Positions 7,401-15,657 of a stretch of 64,000 nt of DNA are shown in pieces. The notes beneath the pieces are model-generated. The model was not told the DNA's origin. It made no database searches and saw only the letters and a list, made by a program, of their open reading frames with translations. Source of the stretch: Clostridia bacterium (lineage in GTDB: Bacteria; Bacillota; Clostridia; Oscillospirales; Acutalibacteraceae); assembly GCA_017453685.1 (NCBI GenBank), contig JAFTEL010000125.1:5025-69024 (forward strand). The letters run 5' to 3'. A program made the position numbers and the translations under genes. Positions within the stretch are counted from its first letter, which is position 1. The number at the start of each line of letters is the position of its first letter.

Positions 7401-9211
7401 GATTCAACCTTCAGAATGTATCCAGCTTTGCCCTGCGTAACCGAGCAGTTGAAGTGCGTTGTGAAATAGTCAAACGCGTCACTGACGTCCATTTCGGTTC
7501 CGGCAGGACCAATGAAAAAGCTTCGGTTGATGATATAAATATACGAAGGGTTTTCACCAACGTAGTCGTAGTACTGCATATAGGTGTCATTCATCCAGTT
7601 CAAGTACCAGAGTGTGAAGGTCAGAGGCGCTCTGTCCGATGAATAAAGATACCATGAATCATCGGACATAACGGTGTATTTTCCTGACGAGCTCGCTTCG
7701 ATCAAGGCGATATCGTCAAGGACAGCGCCATAGACAGCCTTCTGATCCTCTCTCACCCGGATTCCCTTTAAACCGCCGCGATCAAGCACGACCACTTCCG
7801 TCAATTCGCCCCGTCCCATCACGTAGGCGCCGGGATCGCCGACCGAAAGAATAAAAGCGCTCGCTGCCAGTGAGATTACAGCAACAACGCAGACCAGTGC
7901 CAATGAAACTCCTGCTGCAAGTCTTTTTCTGCGACCTGCTTTTTCACTGCTTTCCTCTTTGCTTTCGCTCGCGGCGGGTGCGATCTCCTTTATCAGATTC
8001 AGAATAATCGGTAAAAACACGACGTTGGAAAGAACGAACCCATAACTGCCGATGTACTCCAGCGCCTCGCTGTTCAGACCGATCAGAATAAGATACAGAA
8101 AACCGGTCAGCCAAACGGCAAGCAGCTTTTTGTCTTTATTATCTGTCAGCACATAGGCGCAGATGCCTAAAAAAGCAGCGGCGTAAGGGATGTGGAGCAA
8201 GGGCAGCATATCGCCTTTGAAAGCCGGAACCGTAAACATCACGGTCAGAAAAACGGCGATTGCAACAGAAAGCGAAAGCCAAAGCAGCTTGCGTCTAGAT
8301 CTGTTTCTGTCCACGAGGATGGCGGCAATGCAAACAAGCGAAGCGACAAAAACAACCGATCCGTAATGATACAGCGCAGCAACCAACGAGCCATATAAGA
8401 ACATCGTTTGGGACGAATACTCTCCGCTGCGGAAGATGTTTCCGATTGCCGCAAGCGTTTTCTGCAGCGAAGCGCGGGAAAGCAGCAAAACAAAAAACGG
8501 AACGGCCGCCGCCAGCACGCCCGCCGTGATCTGCAGAAAACGTTTGGGAAGAAGAAACGCGTTGGTTTTTTTCTTTGCGATAAGCGCAATGATAACGGCG
8601 GCAAAGTATGCGAAATACAGAAGCGATAGCAACGGCTCAGCCAAAACAGCGCAAGCAAACAGGAATCCGCAAAAGATATCTCGAACGGCAGACGGCTTTT
8701 CAGCAAAGAACAGCATCAGCACAATGACTGTCAGCGGGACAAGACTCATTGTATAATAATTCGGAAAAACCAGCGATTCCGGCGCATACAATTCAAACAT
8801 CAGCGCGGACAAGAGCGCAGGTAAGAAGCCGTATCGGCTGATTTTTTTGAATACAAAGCAGGAAACGACCGTATGGCAAAACACGTAAAGAAGCCGAAAA
8901 AAGAGGATGATCCCCTCGCCAGAGCCAAATACTTTCACAAAGAACAGTACCGGCAAACACTGCAAGGCGCCGGAAAGCTGAGCAACGTGCCATTCATTGA
9001 TGAAGAAAGCGTCGCCCTTCAAAAAACGGTAAGGGATCGTCAGGTAAAACGATTCATCCGGCGTGGCAATACCGAACAAAGCCCGGTGAATCAACAACCC
9101 CGCTGCGGCAATAATGATTGCCCAGCCGATGATCATCTGCTTTCCTCCGGGCTTGGATGTCAGCTTCTCAATGCAGTTTTTCTTTTCTTTTGTTTTTTCC
9201 ATTTTCTTCAA
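7397..9211 (-). CDS. GT-C fold membrane glycosyltransferase (ArnT/PMT-like) with C-terminal extracytoplasmic domain
   Basis: 604 aa, about 12 predicted TM helices. The first loop carries an acidic motif 'TPDESFYL', then comes a soluble tail of about 150 aa. The start is uncertain: TTG at 9211 overlapping the upstream stop, or ATG at 9202. Confidence 0.6.
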   Translation of the reverse strand: MKKMEKTKEKKNCIEKLTSKPGGKQMIIGWAIIIAAAGLLIHRALFGIATPDESFYLTIPYRFLKGDAFFINEWHVAQLSGALQCLPVLFFVKVFGSGEGIILFFRLLYVFCHTVVSCFVFKKISRYGFLPALLSALMFELYAPESLVFPNYYTMSLVPLTVIVLMLFFAEKPSAVRDIFCGFLFACAVLAEPLLSLLYFAYFAAVIIALIAKKKTNAFLLPKRFLQITAGVLAAAVPFFVLLLSRASLQKTLAAIGNIFRSGEYSSQTMFLYGSLVAALYHYGSVVFVASLVCIAAILVDRNRSRRKLLWLSLSVAIAVFLTVMFTVPAFKGDMLPLLHIPYAAAFLGICAYVLTDNKDKKLLAVWLTGFLYLILIGLNSEALEYIGSYGFVLSNVVFLPIILNLIKEIAPAASESKEESSEKAGRRKRLAAGVSLALVCVVAVISLAASAFILSVGDPGAYVMGRGELTEVVVLDRGGLKGIRVREDQKAVYGAVLDDIALIEASSSGKYTVMSDDSWYLYSSDRAPLTFTLWYLNWMNDTYMQYYDYVGENPSYIYIINRSFFIGPAGTEMDVSDAFDYFTTHFNCSVTQGKAGYILKVES

Positions 9212-10299
9212 AAACGATTGATCGCGTCGATCACGTAAGTTATCTCGTCGTCTGTCATTCCGATATACATCGGAAGTGATAAAATAGATTTATGAAGATT
9301 GGCGGAAAAATCGGATAGGGCCGCGTCCTGCCCATCCTGCGCATACAGGCTTGAAAGAAACGGCGGATTCTTATAATGGATCTGTGTCTGTATTCCGCTG
9401 GTTTCAAGGTAATCTTTCAGCTTATCCCGCTCTTCGCATCGTATCACAAACTGGTGAAATGTATGTTTGGAAAACGCCGCCGTTTTCGGCAAAAGGATCG
9501 TAGGATTATTGATTCCGGACAAATACCGGGACGCGATTCTGCGCCTTTCTGCCAGCATATCATCCAGATACTTGAATTTGGCGTTCAGGATCGCCGCCTG
9601 AAGCTCGTCTATTCTGGAATTGACGCCAACCGCTTCATATTCACCTTTTTCATTGATGCCGTAAAACCGCATTGCCCTGAGTCTTCGCGCCATTTCATCG
9701 TCATCAGTCAGGATCGCACCCCCGTCGCCGAAGGCGCCGAGGTTCTTGGTCGGGTAGAACGAAAAACAGGAAACGTCGCCGAAGCTGCCAACTGGCTTCC
9801 CCTTGTATTCCGCGCCGAAAGCCCGAGCACAGTCTTCCACGACGACCAGGTCGTGCCTTTCTGCAACGGCAAGGATCTCATCCATATCCGCCGCCTGCCC
9901 GTAAAGGTGCACAACGAGAATCGCTCTTGTTTTCGGCGTGATTTGCTTTTCAAGCTGCGCTGGATCAATGCTATAGTACTCGTTGACGTCAACGGCAATC
10001 GGCGCCGCACCGACGTTAGCGACAGCCGCGTAATCGGCAACAAACGTGTTGCACGGAACGAGGACTTCATCACCCCGACCGATTCCGAGATACCGAAGCG
10101 TCAAATACAGTGCGTCTGTGCAATTTTTGACGGAAACACAATTGTTTTTTCCGATCGAATCGGACAGTTTTTTTTCAAATTCTTTCGTTTCCGCCCCATA
10201 AAGACAAACGCCGCTCTTCAAAACGGCTGAAAGCTTAGACGAAGCTTCGGCTTCGTACCATTCAATTTCTCTGTCCAGACGACGACATTGTATTTCCAT
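9208..10299 (-). CDS. DegT/DnrJ/EryC1/StrS-family PLP-dependent nucleotide-sugar aminotransferase
   Basis: Motifs 'FEKKLSDSIG', 'CTDALYLTLRYLGIGRGDEVLVPCNTFVA' and 'SFYPTKNLGAFGDGGAILTDD' (lysine-bearing PLP motif). Confidence 0.85.
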   Translation of the reverse strand: MEIQCRRLDREIEWYEAEASSKLSAVLKSGVCLYGAETKEFEKKLSDSIGKNNCVSVKNCTDALYLTLRYLGIGRGDEVLVPCNTFVADYAAVANVGAAPIAVDVNEYYSIDPAQLEKQITPKTRAILVVHLYGQAADMDEILAVAERHDLVVVEDCARAFGAEYKGKPVGSFGDVSCFSFYPTKNLGAFGDGGAILTDDDEMARRLRAMRFYGINEKGEYEAVGVNSRIDELQAAILNAKFKYLDDMLAERRRIASRYLSGINNPTILLPKTAAFSKHTFHQFVIRCEERDKLKDYLETSGIQTQIHYKNPPFLSSLYAQDGQDAALSDFSANLHKSILSLPMYIGMTDDEITYVIDAINRF

Positions 10300-10300
10300 A

Positions 10301-10702
10301 TTATTGCTTCAAAAAAACCGTCTTGTCAAAAATGATCTCATCGGGGTCATAGTGCATGTCTGACACCGCTAAAATGATGCTACCCTTTTTGAAATTCGAC
10401 ATTTTCCTCCATATCATTTTCGGTATATACAGCCCTTCGTTTTTTTCAGTCAGGCAGTAGCGGGAAACTGAATTATTCCTGTCCGTCAGTTCAATATCAC
10501 ACGCGCCGGAGAGGCAAATCAACACCTCAGCCGAAAGGAAATTGGCGTGATTCGCCCGCACGGAGTCTTCATCAAGGCCATAAATATAGAACACCCGTTT
10601 GATCTCAAAAGGAACGTCCTTTGCTCCCTCAATCGGTGTGAGCACCCCTCGGTCGTCGATATTCTCTTTCAATCGAATAAGATACGGCTTATCGTTTTCC
10701 AT
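10301..10702 (-). CDS. FdtA/WxcM-like cupin (dTDP-4-keto-6-deoxyhexose 3,4-ketoisomerase family)
   Basis: 133 aa. 'DDRGVLTPIE...FEIKRVFYIYGL...VRANHANF...LICLSGACDIEL' aligns to the FdtA 'RGGHAHK' region. Confidence 0.75.
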   Translation of the reverse strand: MENDKPYLIRLKENIDDRGVLTPIEGAKDVPFEIKRVFYIYGLDEDSVRANHANFLSAEVLICLSGACDIELTDRNNSVSRYCLTEKNEGLYIPKMIWRKMSNFKKGSIILAVSDMHYDPDEIIFDKTVFLKQ

Positions 10703-11483
10703 GGCTTTTCCCTCGTATATACTGAACTGTGGTCAACAACACCGCCGCAGAAAGAGCTGCCGTCTCAAAAAACACGGTGTATTCTTTCATTGCGGTCATG
10801 GCAAGTTTCGTCAGGGAAAGATAATTATACCCCGAATGCCCAGCAATTCGCGCTTTACGCGCGTAATAGACCTTGTCGGACGTTAAACCGAGAAGCGGGA
10901 TCTCGGCCTGCAGGAAGGGGCTTTCTCCGCATCGTGCCTGAAGCAGCATAACCGCATTTCTTGTAACAAGCCGATACGACGAGGAATTAGAGACGATCTT
11001 TGATCCGAATGCCCTCATCAGGAAATAAAAGCTTCCTGCACAAATGCGGTAAAAAGAAGAGTCCTCGCTCCGATCCGATCGGCAGCCGTAAACGACCTCG
11101 GCGCCCTTGCTGTGTTTATCAAGCATTTCGTCGATCCGCGCCAGATCGTCCTGAAGATCACAGTCGATCGTAACGATGATATCCGCGTGTTCCGCCGCCG
11201 CTTTCATTCCGGCCATATAGGCATGCATTTCACCCGCGTTGGTTTTAAAGCAAAGAGCCTCGATTCTTTTTGGATACGTTTCCTGCAGCCGCAGGATCGT
11301 TTCCCACGTTTTGTCAGCCGACCCATCATCAACGAGCAAAAGCCTGCTGTCAGTGGAAACTTTTCCATCGCGAACAAGGCGGTCGAGCGTCTCAACCATT
11401 ACCGGAACGCTGTATTCAATCGTATCCGCATCATTGTAACACGGAGATACGATCCATAGAGTTTCAAGCGTTTTCGTTTTCAT
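10689..11483 (-). CDS. GT2 glycosyltransferase, polyprenyl-phosphate sugar synthase type (ArnC/GtrB/DPM1-like)
   Basis: Motifs 'IVSPCYND', 'LLLVDDGSADKT' and 'IVTIDCDLQDD', with a C-terminal hydrophobic helix. Overlaps the downstream gene by 14 nt. Confidence 0.85.
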   Translation of the reverse strand: MKTKTLETLWIVSPCYNDADTIEYSVPVMVETLDRLVRDGKVSTDSRLLLVDDGSADKTWETILRLQETYPKRIEALCFKTNAGEMHAYMAGMKAAAEHADIIVTIDCDLQDDLARIDEMLDKHSKGAEVVYGCRSDRSEDSSFYRICAGSFYFLMRAFGSKIVSNSSSYRLVTRNAVMLLQARCGESPFLQAEIPLLGLTSDKVYYARKARIAGHSGYNYLSLTKLAMTAMKEYTVFFETAALSAAVLLTTVQYIRGKSHGKR

Positions 11484-11573
11484 AATTCAAGACCGTTATT
11501 GTTATATCTGTTTCAAGCACTTGCGAATCTGCTGCTATCTGTTATTATTTAATGATCAATTGTATTATAGCAT

Positions 11574-11601
11574 ATTTTTCATTGAATGCAATAGTGAGTC
11601 T
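11574..11601 (-). promoter_or_regulatory. Sigma-70-type promoter of the five-gene glycan islet operon
   Basis: Minus strand reads TTGCAT (11601-11596), 16-nt spacer, extended -10 TGcTATAAT (-10 at 11579-11574). It lies about 90 nt upstream of the ATG at 11483. Confidence 0.5.
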
Positions 11602-11945
11602 TGCTGCTTGAAATTCGACCGCTGACAGAGGTTCTGCGCGCCATGGGACACGACATCCCGCCATCATGCAAAAGCACTACCCCATTTCGCCAAGACGATG
11701 CTGAAGAAATTAGAAGCTGTTCTCAATCTTGCGAATAAGGAGATAGAATTTTTATTAGTCACTTTGTTGTCACCAAGAAAATGATATCTACACATGACGC
11801 CTGAGGTATACCGTGCACATACGACAATATATATTGTGAAATATATAATCCACTCACCCGCCGTCGAGGCGGCGGATATCACCGCCCGCAGGGCAATTTC
11901 ACCTGCACAGCAGATTTCATCCACCCGCAAGGGTGGATTTCATTG

Positions 11946-11977
11946 AAAAAAGCACTTGCCGAAGCAAGTGCTTTTTT
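11946..11977. terminator. Bidirectional rho-independent terminator
   Basis: AAAAA-AGCACTTGC-cgaa-GCAAGTGCT-TTTTT. Perfect 9-bp stem flanked by an A-tract and a T-tract, immediately 3' of the tRNA. Confidence 0.75.
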
Positions 11978-11979
11978 CT

Positions 11980-12066
11980 TGGTGCCGGTGACCGGGGTCG
12001 AACCGGTACGCTGTTGCCAGCGAGGGATTTTAAGTCCCTTGCGTCTGCCTATTCCGCCACACCGGC
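11980..12066 (-). tRNA. tRNA-Leu (anticodon UAA), type II with long variable arm, CCA encoded
   Basis: Hand-folded. Acceptor GCCGGTG/CACCGGC, anticodon stem AGGGA/TCCCT with loop CTTAAAA, variable arm CGCTGGCAACAGCG, T arm ACCGG-TTCGACC-CCGGT, discriminator A plus CCA. 87 nt. Confidence 0.95.
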
Positions 12067-12090
12067 AAAGTCAGCGGAAACTGCTTCATC

Positions 12091-12119
12091 AATATAGCAC
12101 GGAATTCCGTCAAAGTCAA
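12091..12119 (-). promoter_or_regulatory. Promoter for tRNA-Leu
   Basis: Minus strand reads TTGACT (12119-12114), 17-nt spacer, extended -10 TGcTATATT (-10 at 12096-12091). The -35 overlaps the stop of the upstream lipoprotein gene. Confidence 0.5.
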
Positions 12120-13126
12120 ACATTAATATCGATATCCTTGCATTGAAAATCGCGCCAGGCCTTGTCGTTGGCGAGCTTGCCGTTATCCGCAAACACCTTT
12201 TTCGCGGCGGGATCGTTTTTGAGGAAAGCGTCAAACCAGGCCAGCGCATAGCCGGACACTTTTTTCGGCTGCGTCATGCACGTTGTGTGAACGGCGCCCC
12301 TGAGCGACGCATAAGCCGCCGCGCCGGCGACCGCTTTATAAGAAGGCTTGCACCACTGTGCCGCGACCACGATCAGATCGCAGGAACCGGCGATGAACAG
12401 GCTGGGCGTTTTCAGACCGCTCGCCTCTTCCACGCTGGACGCGCCCGCGATCGACACGACGCAGCGGATCCTTTCATTCGCCTGCGCGGCGTTGACGCAG
12501 CTGCGCCCACCCTGCGAGTGACCGCACACGCCGAGCGCGGCGGTATCCACCTTGCGATAAAACGGGCTCGCAGGATCGCCGTTTCGGCGGAGCATATCAT
12601 TGAGCGAGTCGATCTGCGTTTTCCCGTCGCCGGACATCACGTCGGCGTCCGCGATCACGATATATCCTCCGGCGGCAAGCTCCTTGAGCAGCGCGGTATA
12701 CGTAAAGGTCGGGCAGCCCGTTCCGTTCGCCCACGAGATCACCGGCCAGCGTTTGGACGACGTTCTCAGCGACGACGGGAAGACGATCGTCTTGTCGCCG
12801 TCCCTGATCGTTTCGATCTCGCCGATCTCGAGCGGCTCGGTGGTCGCTTCTTTCTTTGTCTGCGTCTGCGTGACGACCGCCTTGGTCGTTCTTACTGTTT
12901 GCGCTGTCGTTTGCTCCGTCGGAACCGTCGTCTGCTCCGGCAGCGCTGCGGTTTCTTCTGCCAGCGGCGCTGTCGTCGTTTCGGGCTCGGTGACATACGC
13001 GGTCGTCACCTCGGCCTGCGCCGCGACGGTCTCCTCATTTTTCGAGCCGCAGGAACAAAAGCCGAAGAGCGCTGCCGCGGCGAGCAGCAGCGCTAAAAGC
13101 TTCTTTCCGTTTTTGGATTTGTTCAT
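12116..13126 (-). CDS. Lipoprotein alpha/beta-hydrolase (cutinase/lipase/dienelactone-hydrolase-like esterase)
   Basis: Lipobox 'LFGFCSC', a T/E/P/Q-rich linker, then 'ISWANGTG' and the nucleophile elbow 'GHSQGG'. Confidence 0.8.
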   Translation of the reverse strand: MNKSKNGKKLLALLLAAAALFGFCSCGSKNEETVAAQAEVTTAYVTEPETTTAPLAEETAALPEQTTVPTEQTTAQTVRTTKAVVTQTQTKKEATTEPLEIGEIETIRDGDKTIVFPSSLRTSSKRWPVISWANGTGCPTFTYTALLKELAAGGYIVIADADVMSGDGKTQIDSLNDMLRRNGDPASPFYRKVDTAALGVCGHSQGGRSCVNAAQANERIRCVVSIAGASSVEEASGLKTPSLFIAGSCDLIVVAAQWCKPSYKAVAGAAAYASLRGAVHTTCMTQPKKVSGYALAWFDAFLKNDPAAKKVFADNGKLANDKAWRDFQCKDIDINV

Positions 13127-13151
13127 CTTTTCGTCCCCTGCCCTGCAGCGG

Positions 13152-14555
13152 TTATTTCAGCAAAAGCGTTGCATCGGCGTCGGGGATGCCGTCGTTATGC
13201 AGCAGCGGCAGCAGGATCGCACTGATGCTTTCAATCCCCTTCGCCTGCAGCTTTTCGGCAAACGGCTTGGACAGCCGGTCGAGCTTGGCAAACAGCGCCG
13301 AAGCCACGCGGTATTCCACGCTATCCTTGGGCAGGTCGGCGTCGCCGCGGTAGAGGTTCGCGGCCAGCGACACCGCGAACGGCACCACAAGCCGATCCCA
13401 CTGCGGTTTCATTTCCTCCTTCGGCACGCCGTTTTGGCGGCGCGTCCATTTCCAGACCTTGCCGAACGTCAGGCGGTTGAGCCAATGCGCGAGCGGGTGG
13501 ATCACGGGCTTGAGCTTGCGCGCCTTGGGTTCGCGCAGGCTGAAGCTGTTGGCGAGGCGGATGAATTCTTCATAATCTTGATCCGCCGCGTCGAGAATAT
13601 CCGTCACGACGCCGAGAAACTGCTTTTCGGTGAACTGCGGCAGCGTTAAACCGCCGAGATCAAGCCCCGGGACGGTTTCGACGCGGATCGTTTTGATATC
13701 GATCGAGCCGCCGTCGGGGTCGAAGCGCACGCGGCGGTAGTTCGGCGGGAAACCGACCGTCGCCGAGGTGGACACGTCATAGAACGGGTTGCCCGCTTCG
13801 GAGTCGATGCGCGTGATATTGTGGATGTGGCTGTGACCGGTGAACATGACGGGCACGCCCATATCGGCAAACGCCTTGGCGCGGTTTTCACCGTCCTCCA
13901 GCATATCGCCGGACGCGATGAGCTTGTAAAGCGGCGACGGAGACAGAATGGGATGGTGCGTCATGGCGATAATAAACTGCCCCTTTTCGCGCGCCTGTTT
14001 GGTCTGCGCCCGGATCCAGTCGAAGCACTCCTCCGTGAAGCCGGCGTGGTCGTAGCCCTTATCGTCGTTGAGCGCGAGCAGGAGATATTCCGGCGTCAGC
14101 TCCGCCGCGTAGCACATCGTCGGCTCGTGAACGCTGATCGCCTTGCCCATGCCGAATTCGCGGTAGAATTCGCGCAGATCGTCCCGCACGAAAGCGGGCA
14201 CGTCCACCCTGTTGTTATTCTTATCGAAGCCGTAGGACACGCCCTCGCCGCGGTAATCGTGCGTCGCCGTGGTCACGAACACGCGCTTGCCGCGCTTTTC
14301 CAGTTCGCGCAGCAATTCGCGCATCTCCTCGTGAGAGGTCACTTCGCCGTTGTTGGTCAGATCGCCGCTGATGAGCACGATCTCGGGCATATCGGGCGCG
14401 CAGAGGTCGTCAAACACCTTGCGCAGAATTTCCTCACTGCCCAGACGGTATAACTGCTCCCGCTCCGGCGGGAAGGCGTAAGGATCGCCGTCGACCCAGT
14501 TTCGTTTGGAATAGTAATGCGTATCGGTCAGGACAAACAGATCAAGTGGCTGCAT
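13152..14555 (-). CDS. Calcineurin-like metallophosphoesterase
   Basis: Motifs 'LTDTHY', 'ISGDLTNNG', 'TATHDY', 'MTHHP' and 'TGHSHIH'. 467 aa with a C-terminal helical extension. Confidence 0.85.
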   Translation of the reverse strand: MQPLDLFVLTDTHYYSKRNWVDGDPYAFPPEREQLYRLGSEEILRKVFDDLCAPDMPEIVLISGDLTNNGEVTSHEEMRELLRELEKRGKRVFVTTATHDYRGEGVSYGFDKNNNRVDVPAFVRDDLREFYREFGMGKAISVHEPTMCYAAELTPEYLLLALNDDKGYDHAGFTEECFDWIRAQTKQAREKGQFIIAMTHHPILSPSPLYKLIASGDMLEDGENRAKAFADMGVPVMFTGHSHIHNITRIDSEAGNPFYDVSTSATVGFPPNYRRVRFDPDGGSIDIKTIRVETVPGLDLGGLTLPQFTEKQFLGVVTDILDAADQDYEEFIRLANSFSLREPKARKLKPVIHPLAHWLNRLTFGKVWKWTRRQNGVPKEEMKPQWDRLVVPFAVSLAANLYRGDADLPKDSVEYRVASALFAKLDRLSKPFAEKLQAKGIESISAILLPLLHNDGIPDADATLLLK

Positions 14556-15657
14556 CCAAAGCCATCCTTTCCGCCGAGTAATTCATCGGAACCTTCTTTT
14601 TGAAGAGCATATAGTCATATTCGGGTTTCCACTGGTCGCCCGTCTCCACCTGATCCTTGAATTGATCGTGGTCAAGCGCGGTGTTGATCTCGGCAAGACC
14701 TTTGATCTCGCCGCTGTCTTTATACACCGAATCCCAGAACGCGTGGTGACCGATGGAGGTCACGGACGCGGGCAGGTAGATATACGTGAGCGACTGATCG
14801 TAGCTGAACGCGTCGGAGCCGATCGTCTCCAGCCCTTCGGGCAGCGAAGCATAAATCTCATCGCCGCGGAACGAATAGATATTGCGCAGCGCGGAGCAGC
14901 GGAAGAACGCCATGGTCTCGATCGACTTGACGCCTTCAGGCATCGTCACATCAGCCAGCGCGGCGTAGTTGAACGCCAGCATGCCGATCGTCTCGGTCTC
15001 GGCGGGCAGACGGTAGGTCATGATATCGGCGATATACTGCTCGGTGTAATCCTCGCCCCACCATTCCGGCTCTTCGGCGTAGCCCTTGACTTCGCGCAGA
15101 TAGGCGTCATGGTCGATCGGGTAGCAGATGACCGTTTTGAGGTCTTTGGTGAACAGCACGCCGTCAATGTCGCAATAGGCGGGATTCGCCGGATCGACGT
15201 GGATATTGCGCAGCGCCCAGCAGCTGTAAAACGATTTGCCGTCGATCTGCGTGATATCCTTGCCGAGGGTCACTTCCAACAGCTTTTCGTCGCAGTTGAG
15301 GAAATATTCGTGCAGCACGGTCACGGGCTTGGTCGGGTCGCCGTCCACATAGTCGACCGTCAGCTGCGTCACTTCGCCGGGGTTGCTGTATTTGACCAGT
15401 TCATAGGTGCCGTCGTCCAGCGCCTTGTATTCATAGGTGTCCTTATGCACGGCGCGCACGGAGAAATAGATCGACAGCCCGATAGCGACCAACAGGGTGA
15501 GAACGACGCCGAGCCTTTTGCCGAGAGAATGCTCGCGTCCCTTTTCGATATGCGGCTCCTGCAGCCCTTCGATCTGATAGGTCCAGATCTCGTTTTCGGG
15601 GATATCCAGCTTGACGGGCTCTTTGGCCGCCGTTTTCTCTATCTTACCCTTTTTCAT
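14542..15657 (-). CDS. Membrane-anchored BspA-type leucine-rich-repeat (LRR_5) protein
   Basis: N-terminal TM 'LGVVLTLLVAIGLSIYF'. Repeats of the form 'I..IG..AF..C..L..I.LP..V..I'. Overlaps both neighbouring genes, by 4 nt and 14 nt. Confidence 0.75.
   Translation of the reverse strand: MKKGKIEKTAAKEPVKLDIPENEIWTYQIEGLQEPHIEKGREHSLGKRLGVVLTLLVAIGLSIYFSVRAVHKDTYEYKALDDGTYELVKYSNPGEVTQLTVDYVDGDPTKPVTVLHEYFLNCDEKLLEVTLGKDITQIDGKSFYSCWALRNIHVDPANPAYCDIDGVLFTKDLKTVICYPIDHDAYLREVKGYAEEPEWWGEDYTEQYIADIMTYRLPAETETIGMLAFNYAALADVTMPEGVKSIETMAFFRCSALRNIYSFRGDEIYASLPEGLETIGSDAFSYDQSLTYIYLPASVTSIGHHAFWDSVYKDSGEIKGLAEINTALDHDQFKDQVETGDQWKPEYDYMLFKKKVPMNYSAERMALDAAT

Noticed and set aside
10168-10175. A8/T8 homopolymer inside the aminotransferase gene as a phase-variation switch.
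   Set aside because: Eight residues encoding 'EKK' is within the normal range. Similar tracts occur in sigA (39903-39910) and elsewhere. There is no evidence of length heterogeneity from a single sequence.
11664-11930. 88-aa ORF in the AT-rich spacer.
   Set aside because: It has no RBS and a Cys/Ile/Tyr-rich composition with no motifs. It runs through the GC hairpin array and is more likely non-coding.
6420-12066. Integrative mobile element or prophage remnant at tRNA-Leu.
   Set aside because: I could find no integrase, recombinase, excisionase or phage gene, and no direct repeat of the tRNA 3' end at the distal border. Only the composition shift and the tRNA adjacency remain; these are reported as a finding with caveats.
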